NCBI RefSeq assembly: GCF_006345805.1
Contig: NC_042997.1
Span: forward strand, 180,048,001-180,112,000
DNA length: 64,000 nucleotides
Direction of reading: 5' to 3'
Source of the DNA: Octopus sinensis
Lineage: Eukaryota
Of the stretch, positions 12,991 through 27,936 are shown piece by piece. The translations under genes were made by a program, and so were the position numbers. The notes beneath the pieces were generated by a model, which saw only the letters and a list, made by a program, of their open reading frames with translations, did no database searches and was not told the origin of the DNA. The stretch's first letter is position 1. Each line of letters begins with the position of its first letter.

Positions 12991-13947
12991 TTGTTAATTC
13001 ATTGCAATAATACCCCACTCGATCGCAGAACACCCGAAATCTTCATAGCATACGAGGAATGAAAACCAAACTAATTGAAATAATACAACCGCCAACGCAA
13101 AACTTTTTTAAGGAAAGTATAAACGTATGGTCGGATATGTATGTATATAATTGTGTGTGTGTGGGTGTGTGTGTGTATGTGTGCGTGCGCGTGTGTGGGT
13201 GGGTGCGTGCGTGTGTGTGTGTGTGTGCTAACTATTAGATATGGAATGCAGGAACATTTTACATATGTTTCCATAGTCGGAACATTTTACATATATTTCC
13301 GTAGTGAGAGCCACAGATCATTATAGCATAAATTCTAGACCTTCTAAATGCATAAAAATAATTTCTTGAATATTATCCCTTCGGAGAAAACACCGTAGAT
13401 TGTAAGTATTTTTTTAAATATTTCTCATCAACAAAGCTCATCCTGTAACGCTAAATGAGAAAGAAATAAAAGTAACCATTGTTATATATTAACTTACTTC
13501 ATACCATCAAGTTTTTTTCTTATATATAAAATCACTTAGTGCCAACATGCAACTGCTGACGAAACAGTGTCAAAACATTATCCTAATTGAAGCTGAAACT
13601 GCAATATTTGTCTTTGAGTTGGATTTCAAAGGGAATATTTAACATAATTGAACCGGTCTGTTGTAGGTTTTGGCACTAAATCTAGTGTAATTTCAGCTAC
13701 TCTTATAATTCGATATTGAGACGCAATTTATACGGGAAATATGTAACAGATAATAGCAGATGCTGACTGACATTTGATTCATTTATAAAACTTCGGCAGT
13801 ATATATGTGAGTATGTACCTGTGAAAGAGTGAGTGTGTTTTAGTGTCTGCATACATACACATATAGAAGTGTGATATGTCAATGCAAATAGTAAAGTATA
13901 TATATATTCGTTCGGAGCCGGTTATTCACTCATATATATATATATAC

Positions 13948-14000
<53 letters not shown>

Positions 14001-15059
14001 ATATATTATATATATATATATATAAGAGAAAGAGAGGGAGGATTGTTTAGAAAAAAATAGTATATCAGCTGAAATATATAAAAGAAAATTTTCTTTAATT
14101 AGTTCCAAACATTACAACACAAATCATCCTCCTGAGAGTATGTCAAGTTAATTAAACACGATCAGTATAAAATGGAAACCGTGTCGTTAATATAGTCTAC
14201 TTGGGCTACTTGTATTAGTTTCATACTTTGATAGTCGTAGAAAAAACCATTCTAAACTGCGAGGGACATACATCCTTGATGCTAATGTGAAAAATGTCTG
14301 TAAATAATTAATCATCATTAAAGTAATCTTGAATGTCATCTATAGAGCATGATATTTAGATGTTACTTTGGTTTCCATTTATCTATAGTAAACATCTATT
14401 AAAATTTGCTACTTTATTTGATGGAAAGCAAAATTCTATTTTATTTGTTTGTCTATATACGCTTTAGAAGTTGAAAGTCGAAATGTTATTGTCTAGGAAC
14501 TTGTGCATTTGTTTAGATACGATCAATGAAATATCCAGATAAAACTCAATAGTAATTCCCCAAAGTAAAGAAAGAAATTAAAGATTAACGAGGAAAACAA
14601 TAGAGGGAATAAATTAAACTTTACGCAAACATTTGCAGCTCGTGTCGAATATAATGATTACAACTGAAATCTATTTAGTTTTCGATTGGAACCTTTCCAA
14701 CTTGTGTCGCCCTTTTATAAAAATTGTAGAATGATTGTGCTTTTGAAATGAGACTATCTACGTAACGATGTAGAGTGGTTATGCAATATCTGGGATCCCT
14801 GTTGGACGTTCTCCGATGCTGAATGCTATATATGTGACGACTATTAAGTCATATGATATTGATTATTTGTTTCGACGCCATAGCCTCCAATTTTGGAGTT
14901 AGAAATAAAAATGCTGATGAATGTTTAAGTAATTTCCAAGTACCTTCTCTATGCCTGTTAGAATAGTTTTCGATTATTAAAAATTTGGTATTTAGTTACA
15001 CATCTGTGCAGTTCTAATATATTTGAGGAAAATGGCAAAAAAAGTACAAGTTTTTTTTT

Positions 15060-15415
15060 CTGCCTTTAATCCTCCAATAGGCCACTTATAATTGAATTCC
15101 ATGTCGCATAATTTTTCGCTTCTGTACTTATACTCTGCCATGAATGTCCCCCTTTCTCTAGTTCTTTTTGTGTTGATCTACGCCACGAGTTCTTAGGCCT
15201 ACCTCTCTTTCTATATCCATCCGAATTCCACAGTAAAGCACTTTTCGCTACATTTGGTGTCTTTTCTAATTGTGCTATCAATCCACAACCACTTTTTCTT
15301 AAATATTTGCTCCCTAACCGAAACTTGGTTAGTTCTTTTCCATAGCTCCATATTGCTTAAGTGTTTGGGCCATCTAATTTTAAGTATACTACGCAAGCAT
15401 CTGTTGTTATTTTGT
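15060..15415 (-). mobile_element. 3' fragment of an RTE/RTE-X-type non-LTR retrotransposon ORF
   Basis: Frameshifted translation LRSILKIRWPKHLSNMELWKRTNQ...KKWLWI / ALLWNSDGYRKRGRPKNSWRRS matches the post-RT signature of RTE-like elements (LRRILxIxW, RWxWIGH, GxRxRGRPK). Confidence 0.85.
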
Positions 15416-16924
15416 AGTTATTTATGTAGACTAAATTAAAATTAAAGTGTATAAAATAGTTTCAGGATACAAACAGGTCATGACATTGAATGAAGTGAAT
15501 GTATACAGTTTTGACAGGCTTTGCAGGAGAAAATTTTAATTGTTATTAAATTGAGTCGTTTACATTGAAAAATTTATATGATATTGAATGATCACTAAAA
15601 GTTAACCTGTTCGATCCTCGTACAAAATAATAAAATTTAAGCAACAGTTTTTAAAAGACTTTTCCATTGATTTGAATGAATGGTTATTGATTTGTTGTAA
15701 AAATGGAAATCTGCAAATAAAGTTTAGAAATAATAAAAGGGTGGCAAATGTATTATTCCAAAATATATATTTTCTTTAATAAATCTTATGAAAATAGGTT
15801 GCAAAAACGTTTATTTCAAGGAAATATTTTTGTTAATGCAGATAAAACTAAAACTTGCGCTTAAAATATTTAGTTTACTATATACAGTAGGTTCTTGAAA
15901 TATATCTGTGTCATTGATGTACTTGTATAATTGCGACCAAATATGTGTGCAAATGATATTCATCTGAAAAACATTAGTTTCTCGTTTAAAAAATGCAACA
16001 GGAGCGAATAGTCTGATGTTTTAAATGCTTTTAGAAATGTAATGTATTTCATTAATTGTGAAGAAAATGATAAAATTAATAGCGTTGTGGAGAGATAAAC
16101 ACCAAACATAATACTTTGTAATGTTTTTGATATTGCTAAATTATGTACGGGGGGATACGGGAACAGAGACATAGAAAGTCAGAGTTAAAAGGAAAGAAAT
16201 AGAATATTATCATGAACCAACGAGGAAATTTGTTCGGTAAAAATGGTTTATCGTTGAAGTTAATGCTTTGCGTTATAAATGGTATTTATCGAGAAAAGTG
16301 TGTCATGTTATATATGTCATCTCATATATATGACCTTCGAAACCTTTTACGGATTTCATAAGATGGGAATTTAAAATTTCCAAGAGTCACTACTATTGTT
16401 TTCGGATTGTAGTATTGCAGGTGGTACATTTTTAGTGCAAGTTTTGCTAGCCAGGATGGAAAGTTACTATAGCTTAACATATTTGTTGCGTGTCTCCTGT
16501 TACTAGCGTTAGAAAATTGTCAAAACTTTATTTCGGTTTGTATATATAACAAATAATTTCTTATAATGAAAACAAATAGCTACTACTAATTTAGGATGAA
16601 GCATCAGCAGCCATTAGAGTTAAACTCTCTCTAAAATTAATTGTATTTTTATTTTCATTTTCAGACATACATCAATAAGAAATGGTAATGGTGTAAATAA
16701 GTGTTGAATTTCATTAAAATATAATTAGTTATAACTGTATCATCCTATTGACCAGACTATCTATTGCTTTTGTACATCACAAGTCACAAATCGCTTCCAT
16801 TTCTTTCATGATCGCGTCATTGTTTTCTATCTTTTCCCTAATCACTTAAACACGTTGTTTTCCCCTCACCGTTGAAACCTTTCATATAGCCTTTCACTAT
16901 CTTTTGGATATTGCTTAGTAGCTG

Positions 16925-17500
16925 CACCTACCCACCTGCTGTCTTAAACACCTTGCGACATGTCCGGCCCAGTGGAAATTGTGCTTTCCCTATTCTGAGA
17001 TGGCATCGTTTACTCCGCTCCTCTCTCCAATTATTTCCTTTCAAATATGCTCTCGCAATAACATTCCTAGACTTAATTTTCCTTTGCCCTTTGCGTTGTA
17101 TCCCCTCGATATTCTTCCCTGTACGTAGTAGCTCACGTTGCACTTGCGTGCAAGAACGCATGTAGAACGGTACTTTTGAGGAGTCTGGCACGTATGGTCC
17201 TTGTTTATCTTTGCTTTGAGTACGTCTTTTTTTTTTATGTAGATGCCTTCCATCCTGCTTTTCTTCATGATTTTAGTATACAGATTTAGGTGCAATTTCA
17301 TTGTGCCCCGTAAGCAGACGTACAAATTTACCTCCTCGACTTCATCGGAACCCGCCTCTGTTCGGCTTTGTGCGATTTTTCAGGACCGCATGTATTTTGT
17401 TATCATGCGGATTATTTTAAGACCTATTAGGCAGCTATGGTTGTGTAGCTCTCTCAGTCTACAAATGTTCTTTTGTTTCTGCTAATCGGAGGAGTGCTAG
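16925..17500 (-). mobile_element. Decayed RTE-clade RT C-terminal fragment
   Basis: One minus-strand frame with stops reads LRELHNHSCLIGLKIIRMITKYM...EVEEVNLYVCL...LGMLLREHI*KEIIGERSGVNDAI...FHWAGHVAR, in the motif order expected for RTE-1-like RT. Confidence 0.75.
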
Positions 17501-18249
17501 CTCGCCGTTATAGGTTATCAAAAAATATATCTTAATGATATCAGAATTATTTTCTATAATATTGCAGCGCGTGCTCGACATTATAAATTAATATGAAGTT
17601 AGATTCAAGTGACTGATAAGTATAAGTGCATGCCATATATCTCTAAAATATCAGTAGCACATATGACATATACATGCCTGAACTCGTTATGTGGACACAA
17701 TATGCAAGACATTAAATGAATAATAATATCATGAAAGTATTTGTATGCAAAATCCTACGACATGTGTACTCAAAGTATTGTGTTGGAATGAACAAGTAAC
17801 TTAGAAATAATGATTTAATCAACTTTATCTCTTACCTGAATGCGTAAGTATACTTTGATATCATAGTCAGTACCCTTTTGAAGATAAAGGGACATAATCT
17901 CATCTATTCATAAATACTTTGCCACAAGAATTCATTGATATTTCTAAAGGTGTCTGGCGAAACCAACATCTTGTTTGTCTGAAAATGACGCACACAAATA
18001 TATTGAAGTGTACTCTTACCTGTACTTCTACATTTCTGCGCTACTGTTTCTTCACTCTTTTGTCGCTATTAGCCACACTCATTTTTTTCTTTTTTGGTAA
18101 TTTTTCTTTCCTAATTTTCCCACCTTCCTGCCTGAATCATGTGCTTTCATTATTGAATACACATCTGCATTCATACTACGCACGGCCTTTTACTATTTCT
18201 CTATTTTTCTCTGAGTATCACAAATCCTCCACCAACTAGCAGCTGCTTT

Positions 18250-19140
18250 TACTAGTAAGATAGTTTCAAGGACGATAGAAATGAGCGGTAGAGGGAGGTC
18301 AAATCATCAGATTTAGTTGAACAAATTCGCAGTTATCTAGGGTATAATTTCGTGTGTCTATAAGAACATTAAGCATACGGTTTCCAAACCGTATGTTTAT
18401 TGTTTGAACATACGCTAAATTTGTGCAAAGTTTATCCCGAAGGTGCTTCGTGACAAACAGAAGGAATGAAGCATTCTGGAAGAAGAAGATGGTTGAGCTC
18501 ATTTCCTCCAATACAAGAATATTTCAGTTTCTGCAGACCTGTAAAGAAAGCTGGAACTAGTTTTAAGTTCCAGAAACAAAATGACAAAGCGACCAATGTA
18601 AGCATCGTAGTTTCCCTAGCCCCAAGAAGTTCAGGCAAAAGAAGTCCACAAGGATCTCGTGATAATCCTTTTGTCGACAACAAGATCTACATCCATTGTA
18701 TAACCTTTGGCCAAGTGGTCTACATAGATTGCTTTGTGGAGGCTTTGCGGGAGTTAACGCTCTTTCACTTGGTTCATTGACAACTGCGGCAAGACAATAC
18801 ACCTCAACACAATTGCGTCCTCATAAAAAACTATTTGACAGAGATGGCCATTAAAATCTCTCACCGTTCCTACAGTCCAGCCCTTATTCCCTATGACTTT
18901 TTCTTGTTCCCCAAACTGAAGCAGCACTTTTTCACAAAACGTAAACACAATTAAGTAGGCTATGATAAGGAGCGTCGACAACTTCACAGGGATTGACGTC
19001 TGTGGGGCCTTCACGAAGTGGCAGTAGCGCTACAACAAGCATTAATTTAAGATGATCCCACTTTCAAAGAGATTAGAATTTTGTATTACTTTTAAAATAA
19101 TTGTCTTGTCTGAAAATGTGTGAAAACGTCTAGAATGACC
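18250..19140 (+). mobile_element. Decayed mariner-type transposase remnant
   Basis: Fragmentary frames give CAKFIPKVLRDKQKE (cf. CAKFVPRxLT), LRQDNTPQH (cf. LHxDNAPxH) and HRSYSPALIPYDFFLFPKLK (cf. HPPYSPDLAPxDFFLFPKLK). There are many stops and frameshifts, and no clear 5' TIR. Confidence 0.8.
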
Positions 19141-20339
19141 AAGTAACTTTCGGCAAAACGCACCCGAAATAAGGTGTATTTACAATAGAAAATCTCGTAG
19201 CTAATCCAGATGAAGGAAAGGAAAATATAATGGGCAACGTATACTTTCGCATGACGATAAATTACTTTTTACCAGAAGCAAATATATTTTATCTGAATGT
19301 AAAAGCTTCTTTCAAATTTCATTAGAAAATTTTTTATCGTGATCCAGCTAGGCTGTTCCAATAAAATATACATGAGTATGAACAGAATGCCACTAACTTA
19401 AAAGCAGTATCTAAAAGTTACTTTCTAGTGACACACCCAAATGAATTCGGAATGAGTAATTTAATACAAAGAAATACAAGAACATTCTGAAAATCAAGGG
19501 TAATACATATCCCCAGCTCAAAACATCTATCAAGCAATGGGTCGTATCTTTATCTATTCTAGACAGAAGAAACACGGTGAAATGTCTAAGGAAGACTGAC
19601 TAGTGTGGAGTAACAGGAAACGAGCAAATCAGCTTTTGCAACAGCGGCCAACGGATAGTAAACCACTGACAAGATGGGGAAAGTTATGTGATAACGGTAA
19701 TAATTTATGACAGTTACTACATAAATATAACGACGGGCATCAATTAACTAGTCTATAATGGAGGGAACTAGAACAAAGAATCTATTCAAATAGGTGTATG
19801 TGTCTATTCCTGCATGAAGTAATGCTCATTTCTTATTGCCGATATTTATATAGTAACTTCCTTTTGCTGACTTAATGTTTAATTCATTGGGATTTTAAAG
19901 GTCAATCTCCTGTCAGGTTCGTCAAGCAACAGGTAAAATTTACTGGCTCATTATTTGTCCTATGAATTGCAAATTGAATTAATTCTTTTGTTCCCAACTT
20001 ATTTTGAACCTCATATGCTCTGAAAGATCAAATGCTGTTCATTAATAGTTAGTGAATCACATAATTCCAAACATGTCAGCAACGAAAATCTATCTCACAT
20101 TAAGTTCAAAGTGCAAATTGTGACAATTTTGACGAAACAGAGGCTAAGATCTCAATCTGGATAAAAATAAAGAGAATAAAAATAGGATTGCTTTGGAAGA
20201 ATGTAGCGGTCAGAGAAATGATAATATTCGTACCACAGTGTACAAGGGATAACAAAATGAACAGCTAAAATAGAGAATGGGAAATCATAAGCATGAAAAC
20301 TAAATGACCACACAGTGCTCAGCTGGGTGATTTGAAAAT

Positions 20340-20425
20340 TAATTCAAGTCGCCGCACAGTGACACTGAACTCAACACTGCATACTTCAGAAGCAAATTTT
20401 TAATCACACAGCCACACCTGCGTCT
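20340..20425 (-). mobile_element. Decayed 5' head of the tRNA-derived SINE
   Basis: The reverse complement reads GCAGGTGTGGCTGTGTGATTAAAAATTTGCTTC...GAGTTCAGTGTCACTG, homologous to 7024-7095. Confidence 0.6.
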
Positions 20426-22589
20426 AAGTTGCTAAACATTTCTAAATTAGATAAAACTAAAAGTGAATGAGAATAAGAGAAAAACATATTTCTTCCAGAA
20501 CCATTCAAGTGACGCAAATGAGAGAAAGGATAGAGTCACATTATTACTCAGATCTGTTTTCTGTCTTTCGTGATTCATTCAGTTATTAATTACATCATGT
20601 TCTGAAGCTTCAAATAAATTTATGTCAATCTTTTATACCTCTGAAAATATTTGAAAATATTTTTTGTGACTAATTTCCAGAAATTTATATGGCTGATGTA
20701 AATAGATAAAACCTTCCAAATGGATCCAATGCTGATCCAAATAGCAAACATCTTTCAAATGCACTGATATAAAAATTACGATACGGCATGGAAACATTGG
20801 AGAATCTAGCTTAAATCGATGGAAGTGTGTCACAAAATATACAACTCCATTTTGGAAAACATCGTCCAAAATCATTGTATATCAACGCCGAATATCTTAT
20901 GACACATAGAACAGCAGTCCTAGCAGAACAGTAATTTCGTTAACTTAAACCGATACGGTACTATCCCCAAGGAAATGTGTCTCACAGTCAGCCTAAAATT
21001 GACAGAGAACTTTGTCGAAATATTGATGTCGGAAATATAATACAACGCATTGCGCAGAAACACACAGGTCAGGCAGACAAAAGAGTTCTGAAGAACTGAA
21101 AATCCTTTAGTCATTCCATGATATTTAGAAATTAAACGAAGATTTGAATTATGGTGTTTCAATTTTAATAACTGCAGGCCAATGGCGATTTAAAAGATTC
21201 GTTATAACTAAAATCCTTTCATGTCGACAGTCTGATGTGAATGCTAAATATATTTTACAATACTGGAGAGACAGTATTAAAGCTGACATAGTGTAGAGTA
21301 GTAAACCTTTAATTTTATAACATTCTCCAAAGAATTTTATATTCAGACACAGCATCAGTTACAAAAACTCTCTTGAAGTACATATTGTGTACACTCTTTA
21401 TAATCTCTTCCGTGATATGATATCTGTGCATTGTAAAATATTTTATATTGTAGAATATAATATAGATTAAACTTATAAACTTATAGTGTCTTCTCATAGC
21501 GTCTAATCAGAATGTTGTGCTAAATTTGAGTTGAGAAAATTCAGGTTATCGGTAACCTGATCAGAAATTTCTTGTTCAGTCATATCTTTGAACAAAGTTT
21601 CCGCCCATGCTGTTTTACTTTCTTTTGTAATTGATTAACCTACGGAAAAAGTGCAGTAATTGTAACTGGTTTCAGAACAATTGAGAATTGTTATAGGAAA
21701 GAATAACGTTTACTCACATGAGACATTTAGCAGAGGTTGAAATACGATAGAAGACGATAAAGATATTGAGGATGTAAAAGGAATCGAAGAATTATGTGTA
21801 AGGCATAAAGTGTGACATATACAGGAACAGCAAATGACTCTTGATACATGTCACTAATACATAACGAACGGATCTATAGCCATCTCACAACATGCAGTAC
21901 ATACATACATACACACATACATACATGATGGCTGCAAACTCGTGTTCGAGCATTGCTATCGCCCGATCGAAAGTCTTACACATGCGAAGGCTACGACCAG
22001 CCATTTTTGAGATAGGTCTTCCTTTCTTTTTCAAGTAATGCCTGTGCATGATGATTTTTTTTTATAAGGGGGAAAGGATTTGCACAAATCCACTCCCACT
22101 CTCTGATCATGGACAACATACTTTCAAAAAGAAGAACTAGCCTACATCATCGTATATTATCAGTATCGCAGGTTTCCCCCAAGAGTTTCTCTCTCCAAGA
22201 AGGATGTTGTGATAACAGAGGGTCCTCCCACTCTCACTAGTTAAACCGCGCACCTAGACACAAACCCGGATATTTCCACGTCCTCGCGCATACATACATA
22301 CACATACACAAATGTACACATATTGTTGGATGGTTGTTGACTGCCCATGAGGTTCTGTGCCCTTCGACCATGAGCTTCTTCATCCTGTAATGTGTCCAAC
22401 AGTAACCCTCCTCACCAAGCAAGTTTGATGGGGTTGCCAGTTTACTCGCCCACGACCCAACCATGCAACAGGTTGTACTGGTCTACGTGTTACCAGTAGC
22501 GATCATACATACATATACAGATACATACATATACAGATACATACATACAGACACACATAGATACTCACATACATGTAGATATATGTATG

Positions 22590-22637
<48 letters not shown>

Positions 22638-23373
22638 CAGATAAATAGATAGATAGATAGACAGACAGCCAGACGTTTAATATGATTAATATAGAACCAA
22701 TGTAAACTATGCCAAAGGAAACAGTTTATGCCCTAAATTCCTAAAAGTAGCACATGAGCACACTCAAGATGCAATTCAAAAGTTGAAGTCCTCATGTAAA
22801 ATTTAAGCATTTCCTGAATAATTCTATTTTGAAAATGGTTTTAATAATGAATTTGACGAATGTAACTATTCCTAATTGTTTACTAAAATAATTACTTTGA
22901 GTCACTTATATATGATAATAGGATGTAATTATAATGAAACAACACAAAACACTATATTTTCTCCAGAACAAAGTCGATTATAATGATTAAGTCAATCTTA
23001 TAGTTCCAAACTTTCTGCCGACCTTATATAAAACATGCATCATTTTCGTACACACACTCTATGATATGATTATTTAATTAACTTACAACGTATATAACAG
23101 TACCTGAAGTTTGGTAAAAGGTTGAAGTATATATTTTAATTTTGTAAATTCTTATTACATCTGATAGAAAACAAATAATTTTAGCCGGAATTTGTCATAT
23201 TGAAATTATATTTGTGTAGCTTTTAATATATATATTCATACATATTGAAAATTTGTATGGCTTCAGGATTATTATATTGCATAGAATTTATTAAGCATTA
23301 AGCTACCGCATTTGTTCATATCTGACCCACCTCTGAGGACTTTTGAATTATCTATTTATTGCTTTCCTAATAT

Positions 23374-23418
<45 letters not shown>

Positions 23419-23647
23419 GGAATAATTATTGTGAAACATTATGTAGGACATATTGTATAAAAGATCGTGGCTAAGGCCAAAACAATGCGAAGTTGTTGCC
23501 GATGTGCAACATTCCTTAATTTCCTGAGGATAGGATCATAACCCTAAAATATTGAATACAAGGTAAGTCTATATTAATTCACATATTTGTCTTCTTGCGA
23601 TTTACCTTGCATTTACTTCGCATTGTTTTGGCCTTACCCACGACATT

Positions 23648-23690
<43 letters not shown>

Positions 23691-23885
23691 GATAGATAGA
23701 TAGATAGATAGACAGACAGACATACAGACAGACAGATATAGATAGATAGATTGATACATACATACATACATACATGTAAAAAGGTTGATAATTGATTCAT
23801 TCTTTAATTTGGAGATTTCCAAAATAGATTTCTGATGTTTATTCTTCATATTTTGCTGGTAGTGCACATATACTTGTATATGATA

Positions 23886-26800
23886 TGTGGTGAATTTATG
23901 AGAATAAATCCCATAAAGCTCCAAAATTTAGTTAAAAATGGGGAAGACAAGTTGTTGAAATATATAAGAGAATTTTAATTCATGCAGACGATCGTTTCAT
24001 ACGGAGATATAAAAATAATACAAATTCATGATTGAATTGAATTAAATTAAATTATTGAATTAAATTAATTAATTATTTATCAACGTGTACTTCAGTATAA
24101 ACAGAAGTATAAACATAATTTTTACAATGAACTAGAGAAAGGAATTAGCAGAGGAATAGAATTTAGGAGATTCATATTTATCCATATGAGAAAGATATAT
24201 GAGTCCAGTTAGGTATTAACTATAACTAAAATATCTAACGCCTATCTAAAAATATAAGTAAAGAGTTCTCAGAGACGTTTCCTCTATAGATGAGTAACTT
24301 CATTTTAATAAATAAGGTACTTATCTTCGCGAAGAATAGGACTAAAGTATCAAAATTATACTTGAAGCTAACAAGACTATAATATTTCATGAAGGGAAAT
24401 ATTGGGCCAGGAAAGATTCACCAGACTGTTTCGATTTACATTTGTGCGCACAAGACTCCGCAGAGGTAACTGATGTAGTCGAGATTTACCTACTCCGCCA
24501 ACTTAAAGACGCACTCCCTGAATTAGAAGATGGACTTTACCAGGACAACGCTCTATTCTTACTTGGGAATACCTCCAACAGAAAATTTGAGCTCTACAAA
24601 AAGACTACACCATTAAAAAAAAAACTATCCCTTAACATTGAAAAAGATAACAACTCTGTGAACTTCTTAGACGCTAACTTCAGTCTCAATACTTCCACCC
24701 ACTACCCTTACCATAAACCTAACAACGATATCACATACATAAACATACAAAGTAACCATCCATATAACATTATAGAAAACCTGACCACTAACCAAGAGAG
24801 AATACCTAATATATTTTCAAAATATTTAACAAACATAAAGACTTCTATAACATAGCACTTAAGAAGATAAGCTATGAATATGAATTTAAGTATAATAAAA
24901 ACAACAGTATCAATACTAATAATACCAAACTTTATCTTGAAATGAATAACGTGGATAATATCAGTGTACCTAAATCACCTGATGAATTAGTTCAGTCCAA
25001 TAAACATATAGTAAAAATTCTCAATAATAGTCGTGAAAATAAATTTAGCAAAAAACAAGAAAATTACAACTACAATAAACATACTAATAAACTTAATACG
25101 AGCACCACAACCACAATTTACTAACGGAAAACATTATATAAATTTTAGCAATACTAATCACACTAATATTACTATTAATAAACCCAAGAATAGTGACAAA
25201 AACACCAAAACTGTATAATTATAAATAAAAATAAGAATATTTTTATCCAATAACAGAAAAAATTAAAATAATCTAAACTCACCAAATTCCTTCAATAATA
25301 AACATGCGCATAATATACATAACCATAGAATTAATATAGATGGAAATGGAATAACAAAAAAAAAACCAATAGGTGACCCTCCAAACACTACACAACATTC
25401 CAATAAAGAAAACAGCATTAACACTACTTCGATCATAATCCCTTTTGCAAAACATCTAAAATCTAACTTCAAAAACTCTAAGTATGCTAAAATATTTAAT
25501 AATATAAAAAAATTAGATTTGGATTTTCAGTTTCTCCAAATCTTTTTAGGATATTCTATACTTTTAACAATAAGAAACTGGATCTATTCCATAATAATAA
25601 AAAATTATGATAAATATACCTAGTACCTCTAATAATCATATAATTAACAACTACTATAATGATAATAAGCATAACTCCATTATCTCCCAAAATATAAACA
25701 TATCACCCTCTAATTTCAATTGTAATTGTAGAGACCCAAATGCCTGTATAATAGATAGAAATTGCAAAATGAAATGAGTTGTATACCAAGCAACTACTAT
25801 TACTCAGGACTCCTCTAGATACATACACGTGGGTTGCATGAAAAATTCACTTAAATCGAGAATTTATCATCAGAGATCTTCTTTTAGGACCCTAGAAAAG
25901 AGAATAGTACAGGTCTATATAAAAAATTTGACACCTCAAAAGAAACAATATTGATTTCTCAATCTCTTGGAAAATCATATTTTCTACCTCTTCTTACTGA
26001 AATAATAATAAAATTTGTAAGTTGTGTTTGGAAGAAATTTATAACATAAGGATTATAAATGGTAAGTTGGTTAATCCTAGGAATGAAAAAGTTTCCACAT
26101 GCAAACACATGACCAAATTCCTATTTATCAATCTTGAATAATTATATGCAAACAAAATTCTTGGTGTCGTACATGTCTACAACCATGTGTTCATATCTAG
26201 ATATGGATCTAATGTCATCTGTCTGTGTGTCTATTATTTTGTATTTATTTACCATATATTGCTACTAACATACATTTTTAATATGAACGTGTGTATCTGC
26301 ATATATACGTATGTTTTGCATACACATATATATATATATACTACTATGTTTATATATGTGTGTGTATTTATATCTATATGAATGTGCCTTTTCTCTTTTT
26401 GCAACTGTATGTGTGTACATATTTTTGTTCTCCCTTTATGTATATCCTATTCAAAAAGCAACTAGAATTCTAATATCTATGTATACTAATGTACAAATAT
26501 ACAAACAATTTTTTCCTTATATGATTATTGCTCTCCGAGATTATGTATAAATTCTTATTGCATACTTATGATACTTATGTGCACCTCAATACACGTACCT
26601 TTTCTTATATTCATAATTCACAATACTCTTACATTACTTGAACATTGATGCTACCCTAATACCATTACATATCCCTCTCACATAACACCAAGTCTGTTTA
26701 TCACTTAATAATTTTTTATTTATACTAAAACACAGTTAAAATATAACCTTACACATCAATACATATAAATAAACCTTTTGTTTGCAATTTTCATCCCCAG

Positions 26801-27658
26801 CTCATTTATGTCCCCTACATTGATTTATTCTCACGTACTCCTACAGTTATTGTCTATTTCAACTTCATGTCTTTCATCTTTATATCCACTGCAAGTATTT
26901 ACTATCTAAATTGTAATATTAACAGCTATTTTTCTCTTTTCTTTTTATTTGTCTGCCTTATTTTTATTACATACTAACAAACATTAGTTCTTAAGCAAAC
27001 ATAATTCCATCTTACGCAGCTTATTCCCTCTTCAACCATTTTCCCCTTTCTAATACTTGTTTATATCAACTATCTAGTATAAGGCCTATATATTCTATCT
27101 ACTCCAGACTAACTTCATTATTATGCATAACTATTTTTTTTTAATATTCACCACAGTACGTAATGTTTATAACTGTTAGGTCATAATTTAATTCAAATAT
27201 AGCCATACTTTTCCATTGGAAATTTCTATACAATTTTTGCCCTATGCGACTCTAATTTCTTTACCAATCTATAGAGACAACGTCTCTGACAAATCTTTAC
27301 TTATATTTTAAAATAACCGTTATCGGCTTTAGTTATAGTTAATTCCTAACTGGACTCGTATCTCTTTCTCATAAGGATAAATATGAATATCCTAGATTCT
27401 GTTATTCTGCTATTTACTTTCTCCAGTTCATTGTAAAAAATTGTTTATACTTCTTGCACTGAATGGTGCATTGATATATATTTAATCAATTAATTTCAAT
27501 AATACAATTTAATCATGAATTTGCATTATTTTTATATCTCCGTGCGAAACGATCACCTGCATAAGGTAAAATTCTCTTATATATTTTAACAACTTGTCTT
27601 CCCCATTTTTAACTAAACTGTTGAGTTTTATGGGACCTCTTTCCATAAATTGACCACA
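23886..27658 (+). mobile_element. 5'-truncated Penelope-like element (RT + GIY-YIG pseudogene) bounded by ~400 bp inverted repeats
   Basis: The RT remnant at about 24330-24850 reads ...FHEGKYWARKD..FDLHLCAQDSAEVTDVVEIYLL...GLYQDNAL...VNFLDANF...YHKPNN..YINIQSNHP. The GIY-YIG remnant at 25721-26142 reads CNCR..C....C...VVYQA...YIHVG...LKSRIYHQRSSFR...ICKLCLEE...NPRNEKVSTCKH. 23886-24296 is the reverse complement of about 27265-27658. Confidence 0.85.
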
Positions 27659-27659
27659 C

Positions 27660-27886
27660 GCTATATATATATATATATATATATATATAGATACATATAT
27701 ATATATTTATATACATACTTATATATATACATACACACACACACACATATATATATAATATATATATATATAATATATATATACATATATACATACATAT
27801 ATGTATATATGTATATACATATATCTATATATATACATATATATAGATACATATATATATATATTTATATACATACTTATATATAT

Positions 27887-27935
<49 letters not shown>
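27660..27935. repeat. Compound TA/CA/TACA microsatellite with an internal ~70 bp direct duplication
   Basis: ATAGATACATATATATATATTTATATACATACTTATATATATACATACACAC occurs twice (about 27687 and 27843). Confidence 0.85.

Positions 27936-27936
<1 letters not shown>

Noticed and set aside
20440-21500. Cluster of 60-80 aa minus-strand ORFs as a decayed transposase or gene
   Set aside because: I recognised no conserved motif in any frame I translated.
21925-22480. GC-richer island that may contain LINE UTR fragments
   Set aside because: It is probably repeat-derived, and has a short match TTCCACGTCCTCGCG to the 38460 family, but I could not assign boundaries or a class.
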